64,000 nucleotides of DNA. Origin: the human T2T-CHM13v2.0 reference genome, Homo sapiens. Of this stretch, positions 44,980-59,307 are shown one piece after another; within the stretch, counting starts at the first letter, position 1; each line of letters starts with the position of its first letter. The notes beneath the pieces are model-generated. The model was not told the DNA's origin. It saw only the letters and a program-made list of their open reading frames with translations, and searched no databases. Made by a program: the position numbers and the translations under genes. The stretch is taken from the NCBI RefSeq assembly GCF_009914755.1, contig NC_060934.1. One strand, written 5' to 3'.

Positions 44980-46169
44980 ATCAACACATATTTCTGAATG
45001 TCAGTCATTGAACTAGACTCACCCTTAATTTTCAGGATCATGTTCCTGCCCAATCTCAGGTATGCAATGAGTTAAAAACCTGGGGAACTGAGTGGGGAGA
45101 TGTACATTTCTAACTGAAACTTCTTACTGTATGATCTTGGACAAATCATTTAATCTTTTTTTCCATTTCAGTTTCTGCTCATAGAAGGTTAGAGATAAAA
45201 TACTTAACTCTTTTTGCTGGAGAAAGGATTAAACTGGATACTACATGCTGAAAATACTTTGTAAAAAAATTACTCAAAAAACAGCATATTACATTACATG
45301 TTAATAAAGTTCTCCAGAATTCTTTACAAAGAAAGGTTTTATTATCTTTGGCATTTCCAAAAAAAAAAAAAGAAAAAAGAAAAAAAAAGAAATGTACTAG
45401 AATATACTTAGAAGTCCAAAAAACATTATTTCCAATTGTATGATCTAATCATTGACTGTTATAAAATGCATGCACATACAGGCACCTGTGTTCCTTAACA
45501 TGTGTTGCACATATGACTGAACTTGGTAGATTAAGAATGTTTAAGAGGGCATTTTTCTGCCTCAATAAAAATCTATTAGGAAAATATGTTCTAGCCTAGA
45601 TCCTTATTTTTCCTTCATAGGTTTTCTATTCATTTTCTTCCAACTCATCTGGTTCTAACTACAATTGCAAATTTATATTTTTAATTCCCAGGTTCCAGGG
45701 TGAAATGTTCTCTCCTTCCTACATATCTCTAAATGGCTACCTCCAAACTCAAGGCAGCTCCTGCCTCCAAATGTGCTCCTTCTCTATTTTCTAAAGCCAT
45801 TGTCTTTGCTCTATGGGCACCTTTACTGCCTTAGGTCAGGTCCTCACTGCTTGTTGCCTGTATTACAATAGCTCCTAAATTGTCTTCCTGCCTCCAGTCC
45901 AATCTATTCTCTCTGATGCAACTAGAATAATCTTTCCATTTTTACTTTGCAATCTAAAAAAATTCAAGTCAAGTAAACATTTCTACACAGCTTATTATTT
46001 TGAAAATGCAATCATGTCCTCTTCCTCAGAGACATGCACTCTCAATTCTTAGAGTTGATTCTTCCAGCATTTAGACCTCCATTATCGTTAATAACATGCT
46101 TATAATTTCACTTCTTGATTGTTCAATTTTAGGCATTATCAACTGATGTCCCACAATGGAGGATGAAGA

Positions 46170-46700
46170 TTTACTTTCTCTCTCATCAATAAAAATGTCG
46201 GATAATTTTTGTGAGTACGCAATTCCAGGTTGAAAATTAAAGGCAATATTCCACTGTATTCTGGTTTCCAATGTCGGTGTGAAGAAATCCAAAGCCACTG
46301 TGAGTAGTTCTTTGTATATAATTTGCTTTTATTGTGGAAACAATGTTTATAAACTTCACAGTGAAGTGTCTCAGTCTATTTTCTTCCACTTTCCAAGTGT
46401 TTGGTGGGGCCTCTTAATCAGAAAATTTGTGCATTTCAATTCCTGGGATATTTTCTTCAATTATTTTTCGAAGATTTCCTCATTTACTTTGCTCTGCTCT
46501 CTTTTTTTCCCCCTTGAATTCCTATTATTGAAATGTTGGGCTTCCCTGGCTGGTTATGCTTTTCTCCTCTTTATTATGTTTTGCTTTCTATTTATTAATT
46601 TTTGCTCTTTCTGGAAAAATTCCTTAACTTTACCTCCCAGTGTTAAAAATGTGTTCCATCTGTGATTTTTAAAATTTGAAGCAATGTCTTATTAATTCTG
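46170..46700 (-). mobile_element. Old L1ME fragment
   Basis: T-rich reverse L1 ORF1-region-like sequence. Confidence 0.5.
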
Positions 46701-47436
46701 CCATTAATAAACTTTTCCGTAACTAAAAGTGACAGATAATTAAGTTTATTTGATTTGTATAGATTGCTTGGTTCTGTTTTTAGAAGGACTGCAGCACTCT
46801 TAAAATAATTTAACAAATTTATTTTATGTAAAAGTAAAAATTGTCCTAGTCTCTTGAATTTATCTAACATCAGGTTTGGGGGCCTTTCAGATGTATCAAT
46901 ATTAAGTTTCACTAACTAAAGACAACAAGTCCTAGGAAACACTGATTTCCAATATTATCTATAAATGCAATACAGTGACTATGCTGCCATAGTGCATTTT
47001 AGTTAAGTCTAGAAAGACTCACGTTTGTGGCAAATTTTAACAAACAGGCCTATCCTCCGTTTTCTTATTTGTTCAAATGTCTAGGATACAGATATAAGAA
47101 AAAGATTTGAGTCTTTCTACATCAAGCAGAACATCCTTGGAATTTCTAGCCTGGATTTCCAATGCTAACAGAATGTTCAGAAGGCATTCAGGCCAGTGAA
47201 GTTACCAACACAACAAAGATGAACGCTTTTCAAAAAAGAATTGCATTATTTGCTAATAACTGATACTTAGCAGCAAAATAAAAACCATAAAATAAAGAGG
47301 CTGTCATTTACACTTCCATAATATAGACATGTATTGTGAAATTGTTCTTTATTTTGTTTTCCTCAATCAATCTGGCTGGCAGGGCTTTGATCAGTTTGGA
47401 TTTAATTCACTGCTTTTGAAATGATCACATTTTTTT

Positions 47437-47753
47437 GCTGGGGATACATTCCAAGATCCCCAGTGGATGTCTAAAACTGTGGATAGTACGAAACCCTATA
47501 TATACTGTATTTTTTCCTATACATACATACCTATGATGAAGTTTAATTTATAAATTAGGCACAGGAAGAAATTAACAATAACTAATAAGAAAATACAACA
47601 ATTGTAACAACATATAATGTGTGAATGTGAACACATATGTAACAACATACAAAGGTTATGTGAATGTGGTCTCTATCAAAACTCTATCTTATTGTACTGT
47701 ATCTCAGGTAACTGAAATGAGAAGAGAAACCACAAATAAGGGAAGACCATTGC
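47437..47753 (+). mobile_element. Tigger2a/MER8-like DNA transposon
   Basis: ggggatacattccaagatccccagtggatg...ggatagtacgaaaccctata. Confidence 0.75.
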
Positions 47754-50729
47754 ATTTATATATTAAGAATTTACTTACATTGCTACAGTCTTCAAAAACT
47801 TTTTTTTAACATTCTGTTTGTATATTGATTAAAAATATGAATACCAGTCCAAAAAAAAAAAGTTCAAGCACTAAAAAAAAGAGAATAAATTGAAAAATAA
47901 GTCTCCTTCTCATTCTATTCCCCCAATTCCCCTCCTCAGAGGCAACGGCTCAACAGCTCTTTGCACCTTTCTGGGCACCCTTTCAGAAATGGTTTTATGT
48001 TTACAGAAACTAACACATAGAAATAAGCTCTGTCCCCTGTCCGTATTTCCATACTGAAGCAGATTATACATGCTGTTCTTTTTTCACTTAATATATTTTT
48101 GAGAGTTTGCTATCTCAGCACTTATCAAGCATCTTCATTCTTTTTAAAGACTGCATAGTATTTGATTGTGTGGAACCATTATTTTTTAACCCACTGGTTG
48201 ACAATTAGATTGTTCTTAGCCTTCTGCTCTTACAAAGCTACATACAGTGTGCACCCTTGCATGTACATCTTTGCTAACACGTGGGAAGTCTATCTGCAGG
48301 AAGTCACAGTAAGAAATTTCTGGGTTGACTTAATATTTTTCTAGATTTTGCCAAACTGTCCTTCAAAGAAGTTGCACTGATTTATCTAACAACGCATGAA
48401 AGTGCCTCAAAACCATCACTTGCAAAAATTGCCATAGGAATTTTTCAATCAAATACTCAAAACGTTTAAGGATTCTAACATGCCTATGTAATTGTCTCAA
48501 CTTTAGCTGAATATGCAAACACTGTATTTTACTGAAATATATAAACAATGAAAACCAAGTTTCCCATCTCCAGGACTTAGAAGGGTGATTGTTTATGGGA
48601 AGTCCCACCAACAAACTACAAATGGGAAAAGGAGTCCGTTGCAAGAGACAGTGCTGCTGCCCAACATCACCAAAAGGAAGTGAGCATTAGTGTTCATGCA
48701 GCATGACACATTAGTTTGTATCAACATTTTCTTGCTATGAAAACAACTTGATTTCCTAATTGAAAAAGTCAAACCACATAACATAATTAGAGAAAACATT
48801 GTTACATATTTGAAAAAGTAGCCTTTTAAAATGTTTTTATTTTTAAAACATTACAGGTACAGTTTTAAGATGATTTTATAGTGTAAAAATCATGCTCCTT
48901 TATCTAAGATGAAATGGTGTCTTGACTGAGGTGCTACCAGCTGAGGATATGTGAACCCAATTAACCCAATTTTTAACTTGTCCATACTAAGTGGTTTATT
49001 TTAGATGTACACTGCTCCCTAAATCCTTTAGGGTACAACATGGAAAAACTATAAACAGGCTATAAAGGTCATGACATTAATTTTGCTGTCATTATCATAC
49101 CTTCAGAACGCATTCAAAACTAAAAAAGTCTTATCCTCTGGGAAGGAAGGCAAATCTGAAACTAATTATGGTAGTTATTATTGTAATACTATTAAATTAA
49201 ACACTGTGACCCTAGCTAAATTTATTTTGGTACATTTTGTTAATGACTAAAACCACTCAAATAATACTGTACTGTTGCACACAGCAAAATGGTACATCAG
49301 AGGACTAGAACAAAGTAACCACTCAAAAACTTGAATTTTCATTAACCTAGAGCTTAACTGGAACATTTAATGTATTAATAAGCATCCATGGACTCTCTTT
49401 GCAGAAGATGCTCTACTTGTTACAGGGGTTTATTTAAGAAGTAAAAACTTCACATGGGTAGAATAACCATTACTATTTATTTAAACCCAAAAGAAAATAA
49501 AGAGGGAAAATATCTCAGTAGCTTCTTTTTCTGAGTAAGTTTTTAAGAATCAAACTGCTTCGGGTGTTTGGAGGACTAGACAGTCCAGAGGCAACATCTA
49601 GGCTTAATAATTTCCTGCCAGTTCAGGTTCCTACCGTCTTACCAACACCTGGCCTGAGCACCAGGTGGGAGAGGAAGCCGCTGACCCAGCACCTGGGAAG
49701 TATTAATGTGTGTGTCCTCTAGTGCCCTGAAACGAGAATCATAGCCACACAGACTCTGGCAGGCTCATTTTAATCCTTGTAAATGCTGGAGGACAGCGAT
49801 CAGGGCTGAGGACAGTGAATAATGAGTCTGGGTGGGTGGGGAAGAAAAATTAGGCAAGGAGAACTATCAACATCTGTGTAGAACTAACGATCAAGAGAAA
49901 GATGAGTAAGTAGCAATCACAAAAGAAAGAAAAAGTAGGAAGAAAAAAGGAACAATGGCAACATTATTATACAAGGAGAAAGAGCATTTGAAGAAAAAAA
50001 ATCACTTAAATTCCAGTTTCTTTAAATATCTCAGAAAACCATTCAAGCACTGGTTCATACACTCTTGCAGTTAGAAAAGATGCTTATAGTACTTTTGTGT
50101 GCACGGCTGACAGTCTTGATAGTCTATAACTACTAATTGGTATAAATGGCCATGTTGCTAGTCAACTTCAATAGTTTATTAAAATTTAGGTTGGGATAAA
50201 GTTAAATATTTGAAGAGCATCTTTATTTCTCTAAATTTGAAAGTTAACCTTACAACAAAAATTTCTAACTCGTCTCTGTTTAGAGGTGTTAGCAGACTAT
50301 GAGGCATTAACACATAGGAAAGATGAGAAAAATCAGAACGCAGAAGGCCCTAGAGGACCATTTTTTTCTTGCAAGGATTTGTTAAATAGTTTACTTGTGG
50401 ATACTCAAGGATCCTAATTAAAAGGATACAACTAGGTGTGCTTTCCTCTTCCTTTGTTTTCCTATATTTGCCCATGTCCCCACAATCTATTTCTAGATCC
50501 ACTCCTCCAACTGCATTTTGTACTCCAAATGTGTACATTTTCACATTAGTGGATGAAGCAACACTTCGAGTTAGGGCATGATGGTGCTAGCCAAGAGTTC
50601 ACTTTCAGGAGTAGTCATCTTTGTCTTGCAGTAGTTATTTTATAATTATTTAAATATTTCATTACATTTTGTTCTTTAGAAAAATTAGTTTGGGTGTTTG
50701 GAGATGAAAAGATGGAAAGTAAATGTGAC

Positions 50730-52124
<1,395 letters not shown>

Positions 52125-55100
52125 TGAATGTGATCATAGTACTGACATGAAGCATAGGCCTTGTAAACAATATTAAGTTTAGGCAAAAATGGCAATCACT
52201 CAGGGTGTTTTATGTGGCAAGTCTTTTAACTTTTACTGGAAGCATACTTGACTTAAGCCAGGCATGTGCTCAACTGTAAAGAAAAATGATAAAACTAAAG
52301 AATATTTACAAAGTATACAATATTCATACTAGACATACATCTATGTCAGAAAGAATGACATATTCTTTTTGAATTGTATAATGTTTTACTAGTACTCTGG
52401 TAAAGGAATATCTTCTTAGCATATGTCTTTTTGTTTGTTTTACTTTTACACACTGTATATCTGGGTAGTTTTTTGAGGAACATATTTTATACAAAAGTAA
52501 ATACTGCCTATAAAAAGGGAAGTACTAGCCTAGGGCTCTTCAGGCCATAGGATATCAACACAGCCACTCTGAAGATTGGATCTGGTTAACTTCTTTCTAT
52601 ATTCCCCCCAATACTATCACCCCATGTTCTCTGGTGAGTTTATTAGAAAGGCAGGGAGTTTCAGGTAATCTTGTTCAGAAGGCCATCTTAGTATTAGCAG
52701 CTGACAAAAGATCCAGTGCTATAGAGCAAGTGCTTCAACAAATAACATCTTCTCAGCTCCAGATTGGTCCCAGCAGAGGAGATTCCTGACCTCCCTTAAA
52801 TCTATCACCACCCAGCCACCTCCACTCCCCAGGCTCTGGCATTAACAAAGCTGGCCTGAAAACAGCAGGTTAACCCAGTGGTTCCAGATTACAATCATCA
52901 GATGAAAATATGACATCACAGAGATGAGCTGTAAACCCCTAAATTAACTTTCAGATTAAAGCAGCAAGGTCATTTCCTCCTGGGATCTTCAAGACCTGGG
53001 TCTGTACTCACAACACTGACAGTGAGACAAGCAGACAGTGGTGAGGACATGTGGGGGCAGTGCTCTGGGGCACACAGGGCCTTGTGGGGTTGCTCCTGAA
53101 ACAGTTACTTGAAAGATCTAAACCGCTGACAGAGATTGTTCACCTCCAGACTGCATCCTCTAACAACAATCACACAGCATTAAACTTGAAACTGAAATAC
53201 AACAAATGGGAAATCTGTTACCATTTTGGTATACAATCTTAAATACAATTAAATACTATATTAAATATAATATTACAAAATCAATTGGTTGCTGCTGTAA
53301 ATTCACTAAGCATTTGGTTTCCTCATGAATGATTAGTTTGGGGGGTTAACTTTAGTCTAAGTAAAGGCATATAATAGTAACTGGATGATTTCAAGAGGTA
53401 AGAAATTGCTAAGGGTGGTAGCCTCTGGAAAAGGAAGAATTGGAAAGAAAAATGACTTTCTATGTATACTTTTTTGTAACCTTTTGAATGTTCTACCTTA
53501 CAGAATACAACTTAAAACAGCAGTATCAACAATGAGAACAACAAGAATAAAGTAGATCTAGGGAGAGAGGTGGTTCTCAATCAACACTGCCAGGGAAAGA
53601 TGTCCATAACATCATCTTAAGTGAAGCAAGCTGTGGAACAGTAGGTATATTCTGATCTCCTTTGCCCTTAAAGGAAAAAAAGTTGTATTCTCACAGAGAA
53701 ACATCAAATTATCAACAGTGGTTACTTTTGGGGCTTGACTTGGTGGCACTTCCACCTTTAATTGGGTATAATACATGTATGTGTGTGCATATACACACAC
53801 ATATATAACTATATTGTATATATTTATATAATACATACATAACTACATAACCATCTATTTTTATACTAAAAATAATAACCGTTCTAAAAGGGGGGGAACG
53901 CCTAGTTAGATTCCACTTTAAAAATATATTTCTGTTTAAGAACAGATATTTTGATTTTCAAGTAGTCTTTTTTTCACTTTTGGTATTTTCCGCATTCCAA
54001 TTTCATGGTGACCATTACACTCAATATATAATTTCCTGGCAAAATCAAATGTGTAAAGTCCATCCATCAATCATCCATCATCCAGTATAGCAATTTAGTA
54101 GATTGCACCTGTATCAATAAGAGGGACACCATACGTAATTTCCTATAATTCTCACTCAATACTTTTTCTAAACTCAAAATAATTTCAACTTAGTAACAGA
54201 TCTTTAGTTAAGGATGGATCTTCAAAATCATCACAAATTTTTTTAAAAATCCAAAGAATATTCTCCACCTTCTTCAGATTAGTTAAGGTCCCGTTATTCT
54301 ATCTTTTCTTTGCACAATTTAATTCTCCTTTCCCAACACTGACCAAACTTACATTAACTTCACATCTATCTTCCTCACCAGACTCAAAACTCTACAGGGG
54401 CAGGGTGCAAGTCTGTCACATTCTTAGCTTCAGGACCTTGGACAAAGTCTTTCAAAAATATTTGATGAATTAACTTTGAATGGTATAAACTTTAAAAAAA
54501 AGGAGTTACAAGATTTTGTAGATATTCAAGGGGAAAGAAGATGCTAAATAAAGATTATATAACTAACCAAATAAGAAAGATCCACATCATACTTAGAAAC
54601 AGCACATAGACAGAAGAAAAGGTTATTTGCCTAAATGATTCGTGTGACAAAATTAAAGCACATGCTCTCCAAGTACAACTGCTAAAAGCCTCCAGAGTTT
54701 GGCCACCTTATAAGTATCAGGCTTTCAGTCACAAAAACAAAGGCTTTAAAGAAATAACCACAAGTAACTTCCAAAATGGGATTATAATACTATACTCTTA
54801 AGGTACATTATCATTGAAAAATTCACCTTATTAACAGGCTGTTTCAGAATTCATTATATTTCAATAATCTTTTAAAAAAGAAATACAGAATAGCAAACGT
54901 ACTGAACCTCCTCCCCACCCCCCCACACACAGGGCACACAGAGTCAGACTTTTGTTTTGACAACTCTTAGACTAATCCAAATCTTAATACTCTAGTGAAT
55001 ATGTATAGTTTTTGGCATGTATATACTTACACAATCTACTAGAGTTTAATTAACTCTACTCCTGAACTTGTATGTGAGTTTCAAGAAAATTTTAACCAAC

Positions 55101-55268
55101 GTAGAAAATTATCCTTTTGAAAACAAAACAAAACAAACCAAAGTTTTCTGGCCACAAGGATAGCTAATTAAAATTATATACTTTCTTATGCAACAATCTT
55201 TTGTCAAAGTAGGGCAGTATAAAAAGTAGGCATTCACTCTAATCGACATAACTGATAACTCCACAAAG

Positions 55269-55575
55269 CAGGTGCTGGAAAACTTTTTCTGTAAAGGGTT
55301 ACATGGTAAATATTTTCAGTTTTGTGGACCCTACCATCTGTGTCATAACTACTCTATTCTACTAGTGTAGTAAGAAAACAGCTACAAGCAATATATAAGA
55401 TTATTTACAAAGTTCCAATAAAAACTATGTATGGATACTGAAACAAAATTTTATATCATTTTCATTGATCACAAAATATCATCCTTTGTTTTTTTTCAAC
55501 AATTTAGAAATATAAAAATCATTCTTAGCTTGCAGGCCACACAAAACCAGGCCCAATTTGGTTTGCTAATCCCTA
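55269..55575 (+). mobile_element. MER58B hAT DNA transposon
   Basis: aaactttttctgtaaaggg...gttccaataaaact...attcttagcttgcaggcc. Confidence 0.75.
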
Positions 55576-55769
55576 CTCTAAACCAGTGACTTAGTAAACC
55601 TGGTTTATACCACTTACTAGCTATGTAAACTTGACCTCACTCCACCAAAATAGCCCAAATAACAAAGAAAACCACCACCACCAATAACCATAACTGAATT
55701 AACCTCTTAATTAGCAGGTGGGAGTTAGAGAGCTATTTTATTGGTACAACAGCAGCAGCAACTAACATT

Positions 55770-55970
55770 TATTTTGAGATTACTATGGCTCCAAACAGTG
55801 TTCTAAGCATTAAGTATACGCTAATTTCTTTAATTCTCATCACAGCCTTGGGATGGATATTTTATGATCCCCATTTTACATACAAGGAAATTCAGGCAGA
55901 GAGAGATTAAGTAACTTATTTACGCTCACCCAGCTAGTAAAATGTGGAGCTGAGGTTTGAAGACACGTAC
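55770..55970 (-). mobile_element. MIR
   Basis: atccccattttaca...gagagattaagtaactt...cagctagtaa. Confidence 0.65.
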
Positions 55971-56966
55971 TGGGTTCTGCCCTCAGTATCCTCAGAAATT
56001 AAAATGCACAACAGAAGGTAAGTACACATGAAAAATAATGATAGTTAATGCTCATCAATAATAAAAAGCTAATTTTTAAATGGCCTATACTGCAGTAAGA
56101 AAAATGGAAACTTGATTCAAATAGATGCAAGCATCAGTATTCTCAGTGAAAAATTAGGAACAGTAATCCCTGATTCCTTCCTGTGTGTGCTGGTTCAGGA
56201 GAACAAATGTTAGTAAAAATACCCCAGGAGAAAAATGCAAAAGGCAGTTCACTATGATTTTCTCTAAATGACTGTCCTGATTCTCCTAATACAAATTTGC
56301 CTCTAGCTTTGCTGTTTGGTATTTGCAGATTTATAGTATTTGCCCATTACTGATACATTAGCAATAAACACTAATAATCAGGAAGTCGCCTTTCTTATAA
56401 CAGTTATAACTGAAATCACAACCCATTTGCACACTCTTTCCCATGAGATCTTTAGCGGTCAGTTGGTTCTGTGTGCTGGCATCCTAAATGCAAGTGGAAC
56501 TCTTCAGGGATCATATGAAAACGATTTTAGGGTATAAATTAAAATTTATTTCAGTGTAGCATTAAGTTGCCAATGTGGCTTTGTGTCCGGAATTGGTGGG
56601 TTCTTGGTCTCACTGACTTCAAGAATGAAGCCGCGGACCCTCGCGCTGAGTGTTACAGTTCTTAAAGGCGGCACGTCCGGAGTTTGTTCCTTCTGATGTT
56701 CCGCTGAGTCGGGGGTTGTTAGCTAGCCCTTTCCCAGAAAGCCTGACACCTCTGTCTTTAGTCCGGGGGCCATGCTAGTCACTTTTAACTGGCCGACAGG
56801 TGCCCGGTATTTGGCCCCCGAATTCTAAGGAAAAATAGGACAGAATAGCAACCAAAAGGGGTCTGATGGTACTCACTGCTTGGCGATAGGCAATTGTCTC
56901 GTCGCTTGGCAATAGGCGATGGTCTCACCGCTCGGCGATAGTCTCACCGCTTGGCGATAGGCGATG

Positions 56967-56984
56967 GTCCCTTCGTGGTCGCCA
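56967..56984 (-). promoter_or_regulatory. Retroviral primer-binding site for tRNA-Arg (TGGCGACCACGAAGGGAC)
   Basis: 18 nt starting TGG, 3 nt after the LTR end; complementary to the recalled tRNA-Arg-TCG 3' end plus CCA. Confidence 0.85.
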
Positions 56985-57419
56985 AAATGTGTCCGCAATT
57001 GGTGGGTTCTTGGTCTCACTGACTTCAAGAATGAAGCCGCGGACCCTCACGGTGAGTGTTACAGTTCTTAAAGGCGGTGTGTCTGGAGTTTGTTCCTTCT
57101 GATGTTCAGATGTGTTCAGAGTTTCTTCTTTCTGGTGGGTTCATGATCTTGCTGGCTCAGGAGTGAAGCTACAGACTTTCGCTGTGAGTGTTACAGCTCT
57201 TAAGGTGGCGCGTCTGGAGTTGTTAGTTTCTCCTGGTGGGTTCGTGATCTGGCTGGCTTTAGGAGTGAAGCTGCAGACCTTCGCAGTGAAGTGTTACAGC
57301 TCATAAAGGCAGTGTGGACCCAAAGAGTGGGCAGCAGCAAGATTTATTGCATAGAGCGAAAGAACAAAGCTTCCACAGTGTGGAAGACTACCTGAGAGGG
57401 TTGCCACGGCTGGGACTGG

Positions 57420-57995
57420 CAGCCTGCTTTTATTCTCTTATCTGGCCCCACCTACATCCTGCTGATTGGTCCATTTTACAGAGAGCTGATTGGTCTGTTT
57501 CACAGAGAGCTGATTGGTCCATTTTGACAGGGTGCTGATTGGTGTGTTTACAATCCCTGAGCTAGACACAAAAATTCTCCACGTCCCCACTAGATTACCT
57601 AGATACAGAGTGTCGATTGGTGTATTTACAAAACTTGAGCTAGACATAGAGTGCTGATTCATGCATTTACAAACCTTGAGCTAGATACAGAGTGCCAATT
57701 GGTGCATTCACAATCCCTTAACTAGACATAAAGATTCTCCAAGTCCCCACCAGATTAGCTAGACACAGAGCACTGACTGGTGCATTTACAAACTTTGAGC
57801 TAGACATAGAGTGCCGATTGGTGCATTCACAATCCCTTAGCTAGACATAAAGATTCTCCAAGTACCCACCAGATTAGCTAGACACAGAGCGCTGATTGGT
57901 GCATTTACAAACCTTGAGCTAGACACAGAGTGCTGACTGGTGCACTCACAATCCCTTAGCTAGACACAAAAGTTTTCCAAGTCCTCACTAGACTC
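57420..57995 (-). promoter_or_regulatory. LTR12 U3 enhancer/promoter: tandem CCAAT (NF-Y) repeats and AATAAAA TATA-like box (57428-57434)
   Basis: Many gctgattggt / gagctagacacagagtg repeats; canonical ERV9 LTR layout. Confidence 0.8.
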
Positions 57996-58915
57996 AGGAG
58001 CCCAGCTGGCCTCACCCAGTGGATCTCCCACCGGGCCGCAGGTGGAGCTGCCTGCCAGTCCCGCAGTGTGCCCGCACTCCTCAGCCCTTGGGTGGTAGAT
58101 GGGACCAGGCGCCGTGCAGCAGCGGGTGGCGCTCCTCGGGGAGGCTCAGGTGGTGCAGGAGCCCATGGCAGAGCGGGGAGACTCAGGCATGTCGGGCTGC
58201 AGGTAGGCCTTCCCTGCGGGGAGGCAGCTAAGGACCGGGGAGAAATCGAGCGCAGCGCCAGTGGGCCAGCACTGCTGGGGGACCGGATGCACCCTCCGCA
58301 GCTGCTGGCCCAGGTCCTAATCCCCTCACTGCCTGGGCTGGCAGGGCCGGCCAGCCAGCCGCTCCCAGTGCGGGGCCCGCCAAGCCCACGCCCACCCGGA
58401 ACTCTAGCTGGCCCACAAGCGCTGCATGCAGCCCCGGTTCTGCCCGTGCCTCTCCCTCCACACCTCCCCGCAAGCCAAGGGAGCCGGCTCCGGACTCAGC
58501 CAGCCCAGAGAAGGGCTCCCACGGTGCAGCGGCGGGCTGAAGGACTCCTCAAGCACGGCCAGAATGGATGCCAAGGCCGAGGAGGCACCGAGAGCGAGTG
58601 AGGGCTGCCAGCACACTGTCACCTCTCAGCTTTTAGAAGTTATAAGAAAACACCATCACTTCTACATAACTGGAGAATAAAAGCATCCCCAAAGAACTTG
58701 GCATTTTAAGACTTTGGCTGGCCAAGGAAATAAGAAATTTCTAAAACTACATTCAGTCCAGATATTTCTCATTGGAAGGGAGTTACTTGCCAGAAAATTA
58801 TTTCAGAGTCTACTTTCATTACTTACCTAAAAATGAGGACGCTCACATGACAGATGATCTCTACAGCACTGGGGGAGGATCAGCAAGGCCAAACACATTA
58901 TAAGAAGACACGGGA

Positions 58916-59307
58916 CTTTTGCTTGTGTTTATTACTGCTTGAGGTTGAGCCTTTTGAGTATTTAAAAAATATATACCAACAGAACTACTCTCCCAAGGAA
59001 AATATAGCCAACATTTGTAGACCATGTAACCTTCAAGTATGTGCTACTTTTTTGTCCCTGTATCTAACTCAAATCAGGAACTGTATTTTTGTTTTTTAAT
59101 GATTTGCTTTTGAAACTTGAATTCTTGAAAACAGTGTGATGCAATTACTGCTGTTCTAGCCCCCAAAGAGTTTTCTGTTGCAAAATCTTGAGAATCAATA
59201 AAGATGGAAAGGAGAAATTGGAATGTTTTAACTGCAGCCCTCAGAACTTTAGTAACAGCACAACAAATTGAAAACAATTCATGCCACAGTTAAAAAAAAA
59301 AAAAAAA
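58916..59307 (+). pseudogene. 5'-truncated processed retrocopy of an mRNA 3' UTR (resembles the DDX3X/DDX3Y 3' UTR)
   Basis: A16 tail at 59292-59307; TSD aagacac(g/a)gga at 58905-58915 and 59306-59316; non-repeat body. The parent is identified from memory only. Confidence 0.75.

Larger units (their letters stand above)
56582..58628 (-). mobile_element. Internally deleted HERV9 provirus: full 5' LTR12 (58628-56988), PBS and leader (56987-56706), 120-nt 3' LTR remnant (56701-56582)
   Basis: TGAGAGGTGACAG start, ...CCGGACACA end seen twice, 4-bp TSD gctt (56578-56581, 58629-58632), PBS present. Confidence 0.93.

Noticed and set aside
56967-56984. tRNA-Arg 3'-end match on the plus strand
   Set aside because: Only 18 nt including CCA and adjacent to an LTR, so it is a PBS rather than a tRNA gene.
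57460-57995. Periodic repeats resembling a CRISPR array
   Set aside because: They are LTR12 enhancer tandem repeats with no unique spacers, in a eukaryotic context.
58068-58601. 177-aa ORF and CpG-island-like region
   Set aside because: This is the GC-rich U3 of LTR12, not a separate gene or host CpG-island promoter.
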